Assembly (NCBI RefSeq): GCF_020745735.1
Contig: NC_083435.1
Location: 28,767,231 to 28,831,230, forward strand
DNA: 64,000 nt
Source of the DNA: Hemiscyllium ocellatum
Taxonomy: Eukaryota
Direction: 5' to 3'
The position numbers and the translations under genes are program-made. This document shows positions 36,901 to 50,663 of the stretch, piece after piece (the stretch's first letter is position 1; each line of letters opens with the position of its first letter). The notes under the pieces were generated by a model. That model was given only the letters and a program-made list of their open reading frames with translations, ran no database searches and was not told the origin of the DNA.

Positions 36901-38369
36901 ACAAGGCTGAACTGAGTACTAAGATATCATGAAATATGATACCTGGAATATAGAAAATTTGAGGCTGGTCACCCTGACAAGTCTATGCTTGGCACACGCT
37001 GTGAGGAGTTGAACTTATATGCTGTTGGAAATTAACCATATAGTTAAAGCAATATTCTGTTCCACATCTGGAGAAAAAGAGTAAGGACGTTGGAACAAAC
37101 CTGCATCCAGGCTCGTTTAGACCACATTTCAGACAATTGCATACAGTTCTGCTCGCCAGATGAAAACAAGGGAATTGAAACACTGTGAAAAACCAAATGA
37201 AGATTTATAGGTGTGTTTACAACCTTTGTGTCAGATATTGAAGGATGAATACATCAAGAAGGAAATAAAGTCCAGTGAGTGGCAGTGAGTAAATGATATA
37301 GTTGGTTTCAAAGTGTAAGGAAATTGATTAAACCAGGAGACTGAGGCAATACTGTTCAGGTTCAGATTTTATGTGGGTGGATTTGAATTTGCAAGAATTA
37401 CTGCAGAGTAATTAAATCTCTGAAAGAAACGACACTTCAAATCTATTCCAAGCACTTTCCCCCATTGATCCATCACTATCTGTGATTTCTCCGTGCAAAC
37501 GCTCAGACCACATTCAATTGCCCTTTCTTTCCTCATAGAAGGTCATTGAGGAGTCATCAGCCCGAGGTGAATCTGTAACGCACTATGATATGCAACAGAG
37601 GGATGTGCAAGTGTTGCAGTGATAGGCATTGAGTTTTGACTAATATGCGATCGTCTGAAGTTAGGTCTACTCAGATAATCGGGACAGAGACTCCAGGGAG
37701 CATGCGCACAGGACTATGAAATCTAGTGGCATGTCCTGATGAAACAGGAGAACAAATATTTAAAATCAGGAGATGATTCTGTGCCTCATGGAATGCAGTT
37801 GTGACTCAAAGCCTGTCAATGTGAATCATCTGCTTGATAGGAGCATTTTATTGTGGGTGAAACAGGGAAAATGTGAAACTGGGACGAAGTTGGCCAGCTA
37901 TCAACCTTCAGACTGTGAACTGCGGCAGGGATTGCCAGGGATGTACAACAACACGGTACAGACCTCACCAAACTGTGTTCAGTACCTGCTAAACAGTGAC
38001 ATAATGCTGCATCTGCCTTTACGATGACTGCAATTGCATCTCAAGTGTAATTGGCAGTTTATCAGCCTATGCATGGCGGTAGTTTCAATCAACAACTATT
38101 CCTGTCAAAACATGAGCACAGTGGACTTTGAGACAGAGATTAAAAAAAATGTTGGCAAAGAATAATGAGTTCGGACAAATCTGCCACTGAGCAGTGAAAC
38201 AGAGTGAGGCAACAGTACTCAGGGTCAAAGTTTAACAGGCAATTAAAACTCTGACAGAACTTTCACGTTTACCTTTTCTAACCCACCCATCAGTCATATT
38301 ATTTCTCTCTGAATGAAGGTGCACACTATTCTATCTCCAGTTCTTTACATATCCCGAAGAAAAAACGTG

Positions 38370-39488
38370 TAGAAACATGGAAAATAGCAGCAGGAGTAGT
38401 TCATTCAGCTAATCAGGCTGTTATTCAATGTTATTCAATATGATCACGGCTGGTCATTCAACTCAGTACTCTGGTCCCACTTTCTCCCATAACCTTTGAT
38501 TTCTTTAGTGCTGAAGCTTAATATAACTCCTCAAAAGCATTTCATGTTTTGGCCTTAGCCATCTACTGTGGCAGAGAATTCTACAGGCTCACCACTCTCT
38601 GAATGAAGAAGTATCTCATCTGTACAATTCTAAATGGTCTATCCCATATTCTTTGAGCATGAACCATGCTTCTGAATGGTCTGATCATCAGGAATATCCT
38701 TCTTATATTTTCCCTGTCTAGTTGTAATATTATTTCATAGGTTTTTACAAGATCTCCCCCTCTAGCCCAATCTTCTCAACTCCAATAAATGTAACTTTAG
38801 CTAAATCACTCTCTTCAAACATTTTTCCAACATTCGAGGAATCAGTTTGGTAAAGCTTTGATACAATCCCTCTATAGCCAAAGCATCTGTCATCAGTTAA
38901 CATCAACACTGCACTCCGTATCAAATGTGATCTCACCAAGTCCCTGGACAATTACATTAAAGCATCTCTGCTCCTACACGCAAACCCTCACTCTATGACG
39001 GTCAACATATCATTTGTCTTATTCTCGACCTCCTGCACCTCATACTCTTCACAACTGTCACCAGTGGGAAAGCCATTCCTTGGACTATCACTGTTCAGTG
39101 TTTCACTCCCTGTGGTGTAACACCTTTGATCATAAATGTGTAGGGTGTTTCCCTCCACAGGGAAAGTTTTAATGGGGTGGTAGCAGAGATAGCTACCTTC
39201 ACAAATCTTCACAAAGAACAAAACAAACAACAAACTGTTGAGGAGTAAACTGCAACTGAGCAATAGATTCTGTCAATACGCCACTTAACCTTTGCAGCCT
39301 GCCCCACTTTTCATTAATATCATGATTTTTAATCCTAAACTGTCTCCTGTTCACCCTTCGACCATTCACCCTTCGATCCCTTTAGACATAAAAAAAATCT
39401 AATTCCTTCTTGAGCATTTTCAGTGGGTTTCGTTCCCCTTCATCTACTTTCTGTGGTAGAGAATTTCATAGGCTAACTACTCTCTGAG
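38370..39488 (-). mobile_element. CR1 LINE fragments
   Basis: Seen: gtagaaacatggaaaatagcagcaggagtag tail and tggcagagaattctacaggctcaccactctct. The last piece resumes after the PLE at ~41803. Confidence 0.75.
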
Positions 39489-41802
39489 GGTAAAAACAAT
39501 GACTGCAGATGCTGGAAACCAGATTCTGGATCAGTGGTGCTGGAAGGAAACAGCAGTTCAGGCAGCATTCAACGAGCAGCGAAATCGACGTTTCATCAGG
39601 TATAAAGGCATTTAGCTGGAAGCATTGAGAGATAAGCTAGTGGAGGGTGGGGTGGGGAGAGAGTAGCATAGATTACAATGGGTGAGTGGGCGAGGAGATA
39701 AAGATGATAGGTCAGGAAGGAGAGGGTGTAGTGGATAAGGGGGAAAAGAAAATAGGCATTTTGGACAAGTCCGGACAAGTCGTGGGGAGAGTGCTGAACT
39801 GGAAGTTTGAAACTAGGATGAGGTGAGGGACGGGGAAATGAGGAAGCTTTTGAAGTCCACATTGATGCCCTGGGGTTGAAGTGTTCCGAGGCGGAAGATG
39901 AGGCGTTCTTCCTCCAGGCGTCTGGTGGTGAGGGAACGGCGGTGAAGGAGGCCCAGGACCTCCATGTCCTCGGCAGAGTGGGAGGGGGATTTGAGATGTT
40001 GGGCCACAGGGCAGTGTGGTTGATTGGTATCTCGGAGATGTTCCCTCAAGCGCTCTGCTAGGAGGCGCCCAGTCTCCCCAATGTAGAGGAGACCGCATCG
40101 GGAGCAACGGATACAATAAATGATACTCGTGAATGTGCAGGTAAAACTTTGATGGATGTGGAAGGCTCCTTTAGGGCCTTACATAGAGGTGAGGGAGGAC
40201 GTATGGGCACAGGTTTTACAGTTCCTGCGGTAGCAGGGGAAAGTGCCAGGATTGGAGGGTGGGTCGTAGGGGGGCGTGAACCAAACCAGGTAGTCACAGA
40301 GGTAACGGTACTGCGGAAGGTGGATAGGGGTGTGGAGGGAAATATATCCCTGCTGGTGGGGTCTTTTTGGAGGTGACGGAAATGTCAGCGGATGATTTGG
40401 TTTCTACGAAGGTTGGTAGGGTGTAAGGTGAGCACCAGGGGCGTTCTGTCCTTGTTACGGTTGGAGGGATGTGGTCTGAGGGCGGAGGTGCGGGATGTGG
40501 ACGAGATGCGTTGGAGGGCATCTTTAACCATGTGGGAAAAGAAATTGCGGTCTCTAAAGAAGGAGGCCATCTGGTGTGTTTTATGGTGGAACTGGTCCTC
40601 CTGGGAGCAGATACAGCGGAAGCGGAGGAATTGGAATACGGGATGGCATTTTTGCAAGAGATAGGGTGGGAAGAGGTGTAATCCAGGTAGCTGTGGGAGT
40701 TGGTGGGTTTGTAAAAAAAATGTCAGTATCAAGTCGGTCATCATTAATGGAGATGGAGAGTTCCAGGAAGGGGAGGGAGGTGTCAGAGATGATCCAGGTA
40801 AATATATGGTCAGGGTGGAATATGTTGCTGTAGTTGATGAATTGCTCAACCTCCTCGCAGGAGCACGAGGTGGCGCCAATGCAGTCATCAATGTAGCGGA
40901 GGAAGAGGTGGGGAGTGGTGCCGGTGTAATTATGGAAGATCAACTGTTCAACGTAGACAACAAAGAGACAGGCATAGCTGGGGCCCATACGTGTGCCCAT
41001 GGCTGCCCCTTTGGTCTGGAGGAAGTGTGAGGATTCAATGGAGAAATTGTTAAGGGTGAGGACAAGTTCAGACACACGAATGAGAGTGTCGGTGAAAGGG
41101 TACTGTTGGGGACGTCTGGAGAGGCAAAAACGGAGGGCTTCGAGGCCCTGATCATGACGGATGGAAGTGTAGAGGGATTGGATATCCATGGTGAAGATGA
41201 GGCGTTGTGGGCCGGGGAAACAGAATTCTTGGAGGAGGTGGAGGGCGTGGGTTGTGTCTCGAACGTATGTGGGGAGTTCCTGGACTAGGAGGATAGGACA
41301 CTGTCGAGGTAGGTCGAGATGAGTTCAGTGGGGCAGGTGCATGCTGAGACAATGGGTCGGCTGGGGTGGTCAGGCTTGTGGATCTTGGGAAGGAGGTAGA
41401 ACCAGGCAGTGCGGGGTTCCCGGACTATGAGGTTGGAAGCTGTGGGTGGGAGATCTCCTGAGGTGATGAGGTTCTGTATGGTCTGGGAGATGATGGTTTG
41501 GTGATGGGGGGGTGGGGTCAATGTCTAGGAGGCAGTAGGAAGAAGTGTCCTAGGGTTGGCGTTTAGCTTCAGTGGTGTAGAGGTCTGTGCGCCTCCTACC
41601 ACTGCATTTCCTTTTTCTACTGGCTTAATGGTGAGGTTAGGATTGGAGCAGAGGGATTGGAGGGCTGCACGTTGTGAGGGTGAGAGGTTAGAGTGGGGGA
41701 GGGGGGCAGGCAGGTTTAGGCGGTTAATGTCCCGGCAGCAGTTGGAAATGAAGAGGTCGAGGGCAGGTAATAGGTCACCGCGAGGTGTCCAGGTGGATGC
41801 AG
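39489..41802 (-). mobile_element. 2.3-kb frameshifted F1 PLE inserted into a CR1 fragment
   Basis: Seen: [57 protein letters not shown] remnant and EEERLIFRLG. 3' terminus identical in type to 31383. Confidence 0.93.
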
Positions 41803-42150
41803 TAAGCGATTTCTTTGATCTCAGTTTGACATGGCCTGCTCTGTAATTTTACATGGGTAATTCTGAATTTCTTTAATTTTTAATGTGTTGATAATACAGT
41901 GAACAGCGCTGCATGCACTATGTAAACATGATTTAACCACAGTTTGGTACAAGTTTGGAATAACTTTCTGACATTTCAACCCGAGCACTCTGTTTGAAGT
42001 GGAATGTCCAGGTCCTATTTATGAACAATAATGCCTACTACCGGCTCTGCACTTCCTCGAGGTTAGCCGGATCGTATGCAGATTAAGGACTTTTTGAACT
42101 ACTTCCTATATGATGCCAGATAGCTTGTATTTTATCTGATCTTTTTGAGA

Positions 42151-42502
42151 ATAGAATAGAATTCCTACCAAGTGGAATCAGGCCAATCAGCCCCATGAGT
42201 CAACTCAAAACCTTCAAAGAGAATTGCGACACTACCCTTGCATCCATGGATATGATAATCCTTGTAATCCTCGGGCTAACACATCTAAGCTACACAACTC
42301 TGGACAGTATGGGCAATTTCGCATGTTCAATCCACGTAATTTATGCATCTTTGGAATGTGGGAGCAAAACGGAGCACCTGGAGCAAAGCCACGCAGACAC
42401 GGGGAGAATGTGCAAATTCCACACAAATAGTCGTCAAGAATGGATTCAAAACTGGATCCCTGGCATTGTGAGGCAGCAGTGCTAACCACAGAGCCACCAT
42501 GC
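42151..42502 (-). mobile_element. HE1/V-SINE-type SINE
   Basis: Seen: gtgaggcagcagtgctaaccac head and gcagacacggggagaatgtgcaaa core. Confidence 0.88.
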
Positions 42503-42726
42503 TGATAACTTGTCTGATAAACTTTGATCTTCCTTTATTTCACGCGCTTCGGCAGCCTTTTGAGAATATCTTCACATATGAAGTATCATGGCAATCAAAT
42601 TAAAAATCTAAGGCTTCTGGACAATCAATCCACCTTTCATTCTGGGATCAGTTATATACAGTAATACTGTGAGCTGAGATCTGAATAAAAGCAGCTCAAA
42701 CTTCAGGGATGATGGGAAGAGTTCGA

Positions 42727-43940
42727 GACAAAAAAGACTGCAGATGCTGGAATCCAAGGTAGATAAACAGGAGACTGAAAGAACGCAGCAAGCCAGGTAG
42801 AATCAAGAATTGGAGAAATCAGCATTTTGGATGTGACACTGCTTCAGAGATAGATGTGACTATAAGAGGATTTGCAAATAAAAGGGGGTAGGGAATGGTA
42901 TTGGATGGGGAGAGCAGAACAATCGTGAGGTGGGTATGGGCGAACACAGGTAAAAGATATGACCTGCTTGGTCGATGCGAGGACTGATTCTAGTTGGTAG
43001 CTGTAAGGAAGGGTCGATCAGAAGAATGGAAGAGAAGAGGATGGGCTAAAGAAGAAGTTGGTGGATGGTTAGGAAGATCACTTGAAATTAGATAACTCAA
43101 TGTTATGTTGTCCAGGCTGTAGGCTGCCCAGGTGGAAAATGAGTTGCTGTTCCTCCAATTTGATGTCTGATTCGCTCTGGCAATGGAAGAGGCTGAGGAT
43201 GGTCATGTTGGAGGAATGGGAGGGGAACTAAAATGGATGGTGACTAGGGTTTCAGATCGACTCTTGCAAGTCCGGCTGACATGCTCTGGGAAACGTGCCC
43301 TGAATTTGACTTTGCTTTGTCCAATGCAGAGAAGACCATTTCAGGAGCACTGATGACAGCAAACGAGATTGCAGAAGAGGCAAATGAACCTTTGTCTCAC
43401 CTGGAAGGATTGTTCGCGGCCCTCGAGAGAGAGAGGTGAGAGGGGTGGTGTGGGAGGCTTTGCATTTTTACGGTTGCAGGGAGTACTACCTGAGGGTTCG
43501 GTGTGTTGATGGGGAGAATGGTGCAAATCAAGGATTGGCGAAGGGAATGGTCATTGCCAATGGAGGCGGGAGGGGAAGATATTCTTGGTGATGAGTTATC
43601 TTTGGAGTTGATAGAAGGATTAAGGATAATAAGTTTCATGTGGAAACTGGTGTGGTGGAAGCTGAGGACAAGGGGACCCAGTATTTTTTGAGTTTGGAAA
43701 GTGGGGTTGTTTAGAGCGGTGGAATAGAGAGTGGATGAGGTGTGGTGGAGGGCTGTCTCGATGACAGAGCGGGGAAAAGCACAGTGTTCGAAATAGGTGG
43801 ACATCTGGGATGCTTGTGAGTGAAATGTCTCCTTGTCTGAGTAGGCACGGTGGAGGCAAAGGAGTTGGGAAAATGGGATGGCGTTCTTGTAGGATATTGG
43901 CTGGAAGGAAGTGTAGTGCAGGTAGTTACGGGAAGAGCTA
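42727..43940 (-). mobile_element. Older degenerate PLE (family F5): RT thumb, GIY-YIG and 3' UTR
   Basis: Seen: FQVRQRFIC..NLVCCHQCS, LSFHHT and leeqqlifhlg-like remnants. Decayed hammerhead at ~42815-42848 (ctgaagc...ccaaaatg). Confidence 0.78.
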
Positions 43941-44084
43941 AGCTGATCAATGGTAAAAGGTTCACTCTACCAAATTTCTCAATTTACCCCATTTGTTAGA
44001 GAAAGAACCAGGAGGACATTAAGATCTGCGCGCCTCTCTTGCCATCAATAAATGCTGGACTTAAAACTGCATCTTAGTGCCCGA

Positions 44085-45640
44085 TCCTTAGATCCCATTA
44101 CTTCCCTAAATATCTAAAAATCTATCAAACAGTGTCTTGAACATGCTCAATAACTGAGCATCTTCAGCCCCCTGAAATCGTGAACTCCAATTTTTCTCAC
44201 GGTATCGATTGACGTTGTTTCTCCCCAGTTCATTGGAGAATGGCTGAGTACTTACCCTTTGACTGTGATCACATGGTTTGGATTCCTGAATCAGAGGAAT
44301 TACATATCTTTAAGCAGATCAGGAATCAAGGATTATGGGAATAAGACAGGAAAGTGATTTTATGAATGCTCAGATCGAGCTAGGATCTCATTTAATGGAG
44401 GAGAAGACTCAATGAGCTGATTGGTTATCTTCGGCTCCTACATCTCATATTTGTATTAAGGTCATAAGGTTTGTTCAAGGACTTTTCTTTCCTTCGTCAT
44501 CTTGCCATTCACCATAATTGTCTTATTGGAAATGAGTTATATTTATTATTATTTCTAAACCTGATCAGAGTTCAAATATTGTCAGATTAATGTGATATTA
44601 TTTCTCGTATTGACACATGTACTTCTCTAGCACCTAAACTAGGATGGATATCCACAGTTTGAAAACGACCTGCTTCAATACTCATTTAATTGACCCACTC
44701 TTTTAATTCGGCTTATGGAGTCTATTCTGAAGAGTTGAAAATTTAGATTTATACTGATGATGATCATTCTGCATAAGTGGGCAGTTGGGAAATGATATCT
44801 GATTCAATATTGTCAGCATGGATTTGAAAATGGGAAAGCATCATTGATAAATCTGTTTCCCAGTCTGATTAGTGAAGTGGTTGGACTTAATTGGCTAGGA
44901 CTATATTCATTGGCGTTTAGAAGAATGAGGAAGGGTTGTACAGAAATCTATAGAATTGTGAGAGAATTGTGAGTCATGGGTCCTCCCCACGACTGGGAAG
45001 TACAGAGCCAGAGTCATAGTGTAAGGATATGGGATGGGCCATTGAGAACTGAGGTAAGAACAATTGTCTTTGCCCAGAGAGTGGTGAGCCTATGGAATTT
45101 TCTGTTACAGAAGGTAGTTGAAAATAAAATATTGGATGTTTTCAAGAAGGAGCTAAATATAGACCTTAGGCTTGACTAGATTAAAAAGTATGGAGGATAA
45201 ATGGAAACAGGGAACTGAATTAGGTGATTAGTCAAAATCACATTGACAAGCTGAATGTCGTTCACCTATTCTCAATTTTGGAAGGTGTTTTGGCAGAATG
45301 GACTTTGTACATTTTGAATTTCTGAAGGTTTTTGTTGAAGTTCTGCACAGGAGATTAGTTACCATGTTCAAGCCCATGGTATTGGAAGTAATGCAGTGAC
45401 AGGGACTCTTAATTGCCTGACAGAAAGTAAGCAGAACTGGATATTCCTTGTGTTGGCAGATTGTGACTAGCCTGATGTAGAGACATAGAATCATATAACA
45501 TGGAAGCAGATCCTTTTGTCTGAGTAATCCCAGTCAAACGTATTCCCAAACTAAACTAGTCCCACCTACCTGCCTTTGGCCCACATCATTTCAAAACTTC
45601 ACCATTCATGTACTTATCAAAATGTATCAGAAGTGTCACC
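44085..45640. mobile_element. Cluster of CR1 3' fragments (44085-44300 -, 44310-44455 +, 44840-45280 +, 45480-45640 -)
   Basis: Seen: gcccagagagtggtgagcctatggaatt and acatagaatcatataacatggaagcag tail words. Confidence 0.65.
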
Positions 45641-45959
45641 ACTGTAACTGCAAGCAATACTGTTTCAGGACAATTGACAGCAATGTTAGTCTGAAAGTCA
45701 CCAAGTCCCAGGCAAAGGGTGAGTATCAGAAGGCAGAAGCTTAATGGTGATCTCAACCAATAAGGGAATAGAAACTTTACTACCATTTATTTCTATGTTG
45801 CAAAGTAGCTTTCCAGAAGCTAACCAACTCCCCATCCCACTTCCGTCCCCAAAACACTTCACATCCCCCCCGAAATAAAGTAGCATTAAAGGTTCTCCAT
45901 CACAATGGCAGTAGGAAGTAAACACTTCAGAATGATGAAATCAAATCTTCTTAAATCGT

Positions 45960-46235
45960 GCTTTACAATCCAAAAGCTCTACAATCTTGAGAAGGGCAGC
46001 AGATACATGGCAACACGAGGGCATGTATGTTTTGCTCCAAGCCGCACACTATCTATGTCTACATTCCTTCACTGTCACTGAATCATAACTCCTCCTCGGC
46101 TTTGTGGATGTCTCTGCATCTCATTGAACAAAATAGCTAAAGGCAGCCACTCTACTTTTCTAGGTCAGTTAGAAAGGGGCATGAAATGTTGGCTTAGAAA
46201 GCGATGTGCACATCCTGTGAATAAATAAAACAAAA
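45960..46235 (+). mobile_element. L2/CR1-group LINE 3' tail
   Basis: Seen: agaagggcagcagatacatgg, cattccttcactgtcactg and aaggcagccact, ending cacatcctgtgaataaataaaa. A related coding fragment lies at ~48520-48830 (-). Confidence 0.6.
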
Positions 46236-47578
46236 ACATTCCACAGTCCCAAAGATTCTTTTTATTATCTATTGGTGGAGTACAATAGAGACCCTTTGGA
46301 CCATTGAGTCTGCACTCGTAAAAATATACTCAAAATCAATCATTTTTGATTTGATTTGTGATTGTTTTATATGTATTTTTGATTTGATTTGTGGTTAATT
46401 TATATGTATGGCCTTGGCTTCTGTGTTCTCTGGTTTAATATTAATGGAATTTTCTGTAACCACCTCCAACCACTTTCATTTCTTTAAAGGTTTTACGATG
46501 CAACCCTCCAACCTTCTCTTGCCAGCGAAGAGAGCTTCACGTCAGTCAATACGTCCTATTGGAGCAACCCTCTTAATTCTGCTATCATCATTATCATCCT
46601 GTTCCTGCACTGTCATCATTTTCTGTGTGGTACCTTCCGTCAGTCTTACACACCAAATTATTCTCAGTCTACCAATGACTTTCCATTTGTAGTCATTATG
46701 TCTCTGTAGCAGTCCAACAGAGTCAACGGAAGACCAAGGATTGGATTTTGAGAATGAGGAGGGGGTGTAGGGACACATCTGAGGAGAAAAATACAATAAT
46801 GTTTTTTGGAGGTGCATCCTGAGGACATGCAATGTCATTTAATTTACAAATAAGTCTCAACTCAAATCAGCTGTTATTTATCCTCAGGAGGTGAGTTTTG
46901 CTGGAAAGACCAGGAATTGTTGTTTCCTCACAATTGCTTCTCACAGTGATGGAAATCAGACTATTATCTTGTGTTTGCCACTGGCTAACTTGCAACTATC
47001 ATCCCACTTCTAATTTCCAAGATCAGCTGTATTCGGTGTGGTGCCATTACACCCGCATTGCTGTTAGGTGGAGAGTGCCTTTGAAGTAATTTCCTGTATG
47101 AAAGACTTTGGAGGCAAATATTATTTCAGGGACTTTCACAGGGACTAGTGCGTGCTCCACAATTATTCAGTTCTCAAAATTTTCTTCTGGCAGTTGATGC
47201 CAGTGATAATTCTGCCCCTTCAACAAGGCTACTTTGCCTTTGATTTTTTTTTTGTCGGTCAGTTCATAAATTCAGAATTTCGGATATGTTCTGGTTTAAC
47301 TACTTGAAGAAGCTTTTAAATGTGTTTGCTTATAACACCTGCACAATGAAAGGGCTGTGGCCAGTTCTCCCATTTCAGAGTTCGGTCTGATTTGGTTTCA
47401 GCATGCTATTTTTTTCTTGGCAGCTGCTAGTCAAGTTTTGTCTGGGAACAAATAAAATTTCTATTTGACATCTCTCCTGTAAGAACCTATGTTTGTTTTT
47501 TTTTTACGTTTTTTGCCTAGAAGATATTTCTGGTGATGTTGCAAGTATTTAAAACAGCATTATTAACTTGTGATTTGA

Positions 47579-47815
47579 AGGAGCTGGTGTTGGACTTGGG
47601 TGTACTAAGTTAAAAATCACACTACACCTGTTTATAGCCCAACAGTTTTGTTTCGAAGCATTGGTTTTTGGAGCTGTAATGTAAACCTTTACTATAAATT
47701 CTGTGTCTTATAATTACATACTCCACAACCACTTGATGAAGGAGCACCACTCTGAAAACTGGTGCTTCCAAGTAAATCTGCTCGGCTATAATATGGTGTG
47801 GTGTCATTTTTGACA
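47579..47815. mobile_element. Head-to-head F3 element (inverted 3' end 47579-47674, direct part ~47676-47815)
   Basis: Seen: aagttaaaaatcacactacacctg...ttggagc is the reverse complement of the F3 tail. The direct part carries cacttgatgaaggagcaccactctgaaaactggtg. Confidence 0.8.
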
Positions 47816-50549
47816 TCATTAAGATGAATTTTCGTGTTGGTTATGTTGTCAAATAGTTATGCCATTCTAAATTCGATATTCTTTTGTACATCTGCAAAAA
47901 AAAATTCTATTTGTTTAAAACTGAGTGGTTTGGCTAGCTGCATCACTGCTGCGATAAACACTTTTCACTTGCTTAAAACAACTAGAAAAGTTAGGGTCTG
48001 GACTGCCTTCTTGAAATATTTTGAGGGGATTTGACCTGGTCCATGACATATCAGACCTTCTCAGTTTTGCCAGCAGTTTCTATTTTCAGACCTCCAGCAT
48101 TTGCGGTTCTTTGGTTTATTTGGTCATAATTAATTCCCTTTATCATTTGTTCCCAAAAATCGTCCCTATTATTATTACCTTCCCAGCTCTATCTTCCTTC
48201 ACATGTGTCTTAACTTCCTTAAACTTTCCATTTTTCCCAATCTGCAATCTTCTCTCATCTGTGCAGTACATGTCACCATACTGCCACCCACAGTGCTGTG
48301 ACAAAAGCCATCTCTCAGATTGGAGACAGTGACAATAAAGAAAAGTGGTATGTATCCAAAATGAAATGGTGCATGTCTTGGAGAGGAACGTGCAATTGTG
48401 ATGTTTCCCTGCATCTACTGTTTGATTTACGAAGTGATAGAGTTCAAGAATTTGGAAGGTGCCAACAGAGCCGGGATTAATTTCTGAATACATCTCATAC
48501 TTGGTACATGTACTGCCTCTGCATATCCATAATGGAGGGACTGAATATTAAATGAGATAGACGGCTTGCTAATCATATGGACTGTTTTAATCTGGATGAC
48601 GCCAAGCTTCTCGAATGTTGTTGAAGATGCATCCATCCAGGCAACTGAACAGCTTTCAATACACGGCTGACTTGTGTCCTGGTGGTGGTGAACATGATTT
48701 GAGGAGGAAGGGAGTTTCATTACATGGTGCTGGGTTCCCAGCTTCTGGCCTGTTTTTCTAGCTACAGAGTAGATATGGAGAGTCCAGTCCAGTTCGTGAT
48801 TAGGCTGGGCATTTAGCTTCCTGGATCATAAGGTTCAGAACTGTACCTGACCCTCTCTGCCTGTATCTCTCTATCTATTCATCTATGTGTCTCTATCTCC
48901 CTCTCTATGCCACTGTTTCTCTTGCTCTCTCACTCTATCATCCTTTACTTTCACTTTTAAAATCCTAGTCATTCAGCAAGCTTTGACTCAATTGTCCTTG
49001 CTTTTCCTTTAATGTTTTGTTTGATATGAAATAATCCCTTCTGAATGGGTCGTTGAAAATGTTAGCATGAGATAACTGTTACTTCACCAAACAGGATCAT
49101 TAATAAGATGATGAGGAACTATTTCACAAATGGAGCTATTTATACTGTTCACAAAGGTCACGGCTCATGATCAGCTTGGAGAACTTGACTTTCCTGCCAT
49201 CGTTTTAAATTCTGCAGCTCTCTTGCTCGAAGTCAATAAAATAGGTTACTATAAAGGTGGCATTGTTAGAGTCTTCGCTTGTCTCAAAAGAGAGAACTGA
49301 TGTTGTAAGTTTTACAGAAGTGAGGCGTAGAATGTGCAAAGAGAAAACTCATCACGATTACCAGTCGTGGAATGCTGGGAGGGACTCTGCCAGGACAAAA
49401 CAAGTAGCTAGCAAGTTGAGGTATAAAACATTTTATCCTGTGTCACCCTGGTCCCAGCCTCTGACCTCGCATTATAAAAGTACAGATTTGAGACGGTCCA
49501 GGGAATCCTTTGTGGACTCAACCTGTAAACTTCTCTTGGCTCATCCCAGAGGTCATACTGTTAATCTAGAATATAAAAAAAACTTACAGACAGTTTAGTT
49601 TAATTTTTGTTATCCCCTTTATTTACCAATAACATCACTGTTACAACATAACACTGATATCTTTTAGCAAAACTAACTATGTTCTAATAACCCAGAAGAG
49701 TAGGATATTGCTCTTCCTCTAAGAGCCCTCGCAGGCTATTCTACTGTCCTGGCACAAAGTGGCTTCCTTTTTGCAAAATGTTCACAAAAACACTGCATGC
49801 TCATAATTAAACAGATAACTGTGAAAGACAATAATTAATAACGAAAACAAGTCAATTGCCAGATCTGTGTGCGCTTGATTGATCACTTCTACTGGCCTTG
49901 AGATATCCCTCAGGTGGGGAAAAAAATTCCACACGGGTTAGGGGTCTGCTGGCAAGCTAGGTTCCTATAAGTAAGTACCAGTCTAAATTAAGTGGGAGGT
50001 TTCATGACGTATTCTGGCATAGCTCGCATGTCTGATACATTTTTTTAATAAAATGGACTCTTAACAAGTAGGGCAAACTCTTGATCATAAAATGCCTTCC
50101 CAACAGATTGTGTCAGAATCTCTTCAATGTAAGGTTTAGAGTAATTTTAAGCTGGGAGCAGAGTCCTGCTTTTTATCTTCGCACAGAATCATTTTGTACC
50201 TGAGGCTGAGATGTTACTGTTTAGTTGCATTTAAACTGATGCATTAGTCTTGAATTAAACATGCTTTCTTTTCAAGGTTGTGATTCAAATTCGAATAAGA
50301 CATAAGATCTGATTCGATAGAATTGGCAGTGGGGAAGTCTGTAAGGATTGTAGAGTGGTCTGCAAGAACAGCAAGTAAGTTAAAGCTTCATCAAAGCTGG
50401 CTTTCACAGAGTTTTCATTTCATAATCAGCTATGGCTACTCAAAATCATCATAAAGTCCCCAATGTGCAATTAAGTTCAATTCACAGCAAGTAAGCACAG
50501 AGAGTTTAATTTTGTACTGGCTTCGGCAGTCCCAGTACTAAAATTCACG

Positions 50550-50572
50550 CTCTCTCTTTCTCCCTCTCTCGT

Positions 50573-50650
<78 letters not shown>

Positions 50651-50663
50651 CATCTATCTATCT
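50550..50663. repeat. Compound microsatellite (tctg)n(tc)n(tcta)n
   Basis: Seen directly. Confidence 0.97.

Noticed and set aside
37700-38000. Minus-strand acceptor followed by HSL...LPQFTV, alpha1-like
   Set aside because: Requires a frameshift and stops, and the second half lacks alpha1 helix motifs.
46440-46838. Strong minus-strand acceptor with Cys/Trp spacing reminiscent of an Ig C1 domain
   Set aside because: That frame has about ten stops, and the open frame shows no recognisable domain.
49100-49300. ATGATGA box-C-like word as a snoRNA
   Set aside because: No suitably spaced D box or terminal stem, and no host intron.
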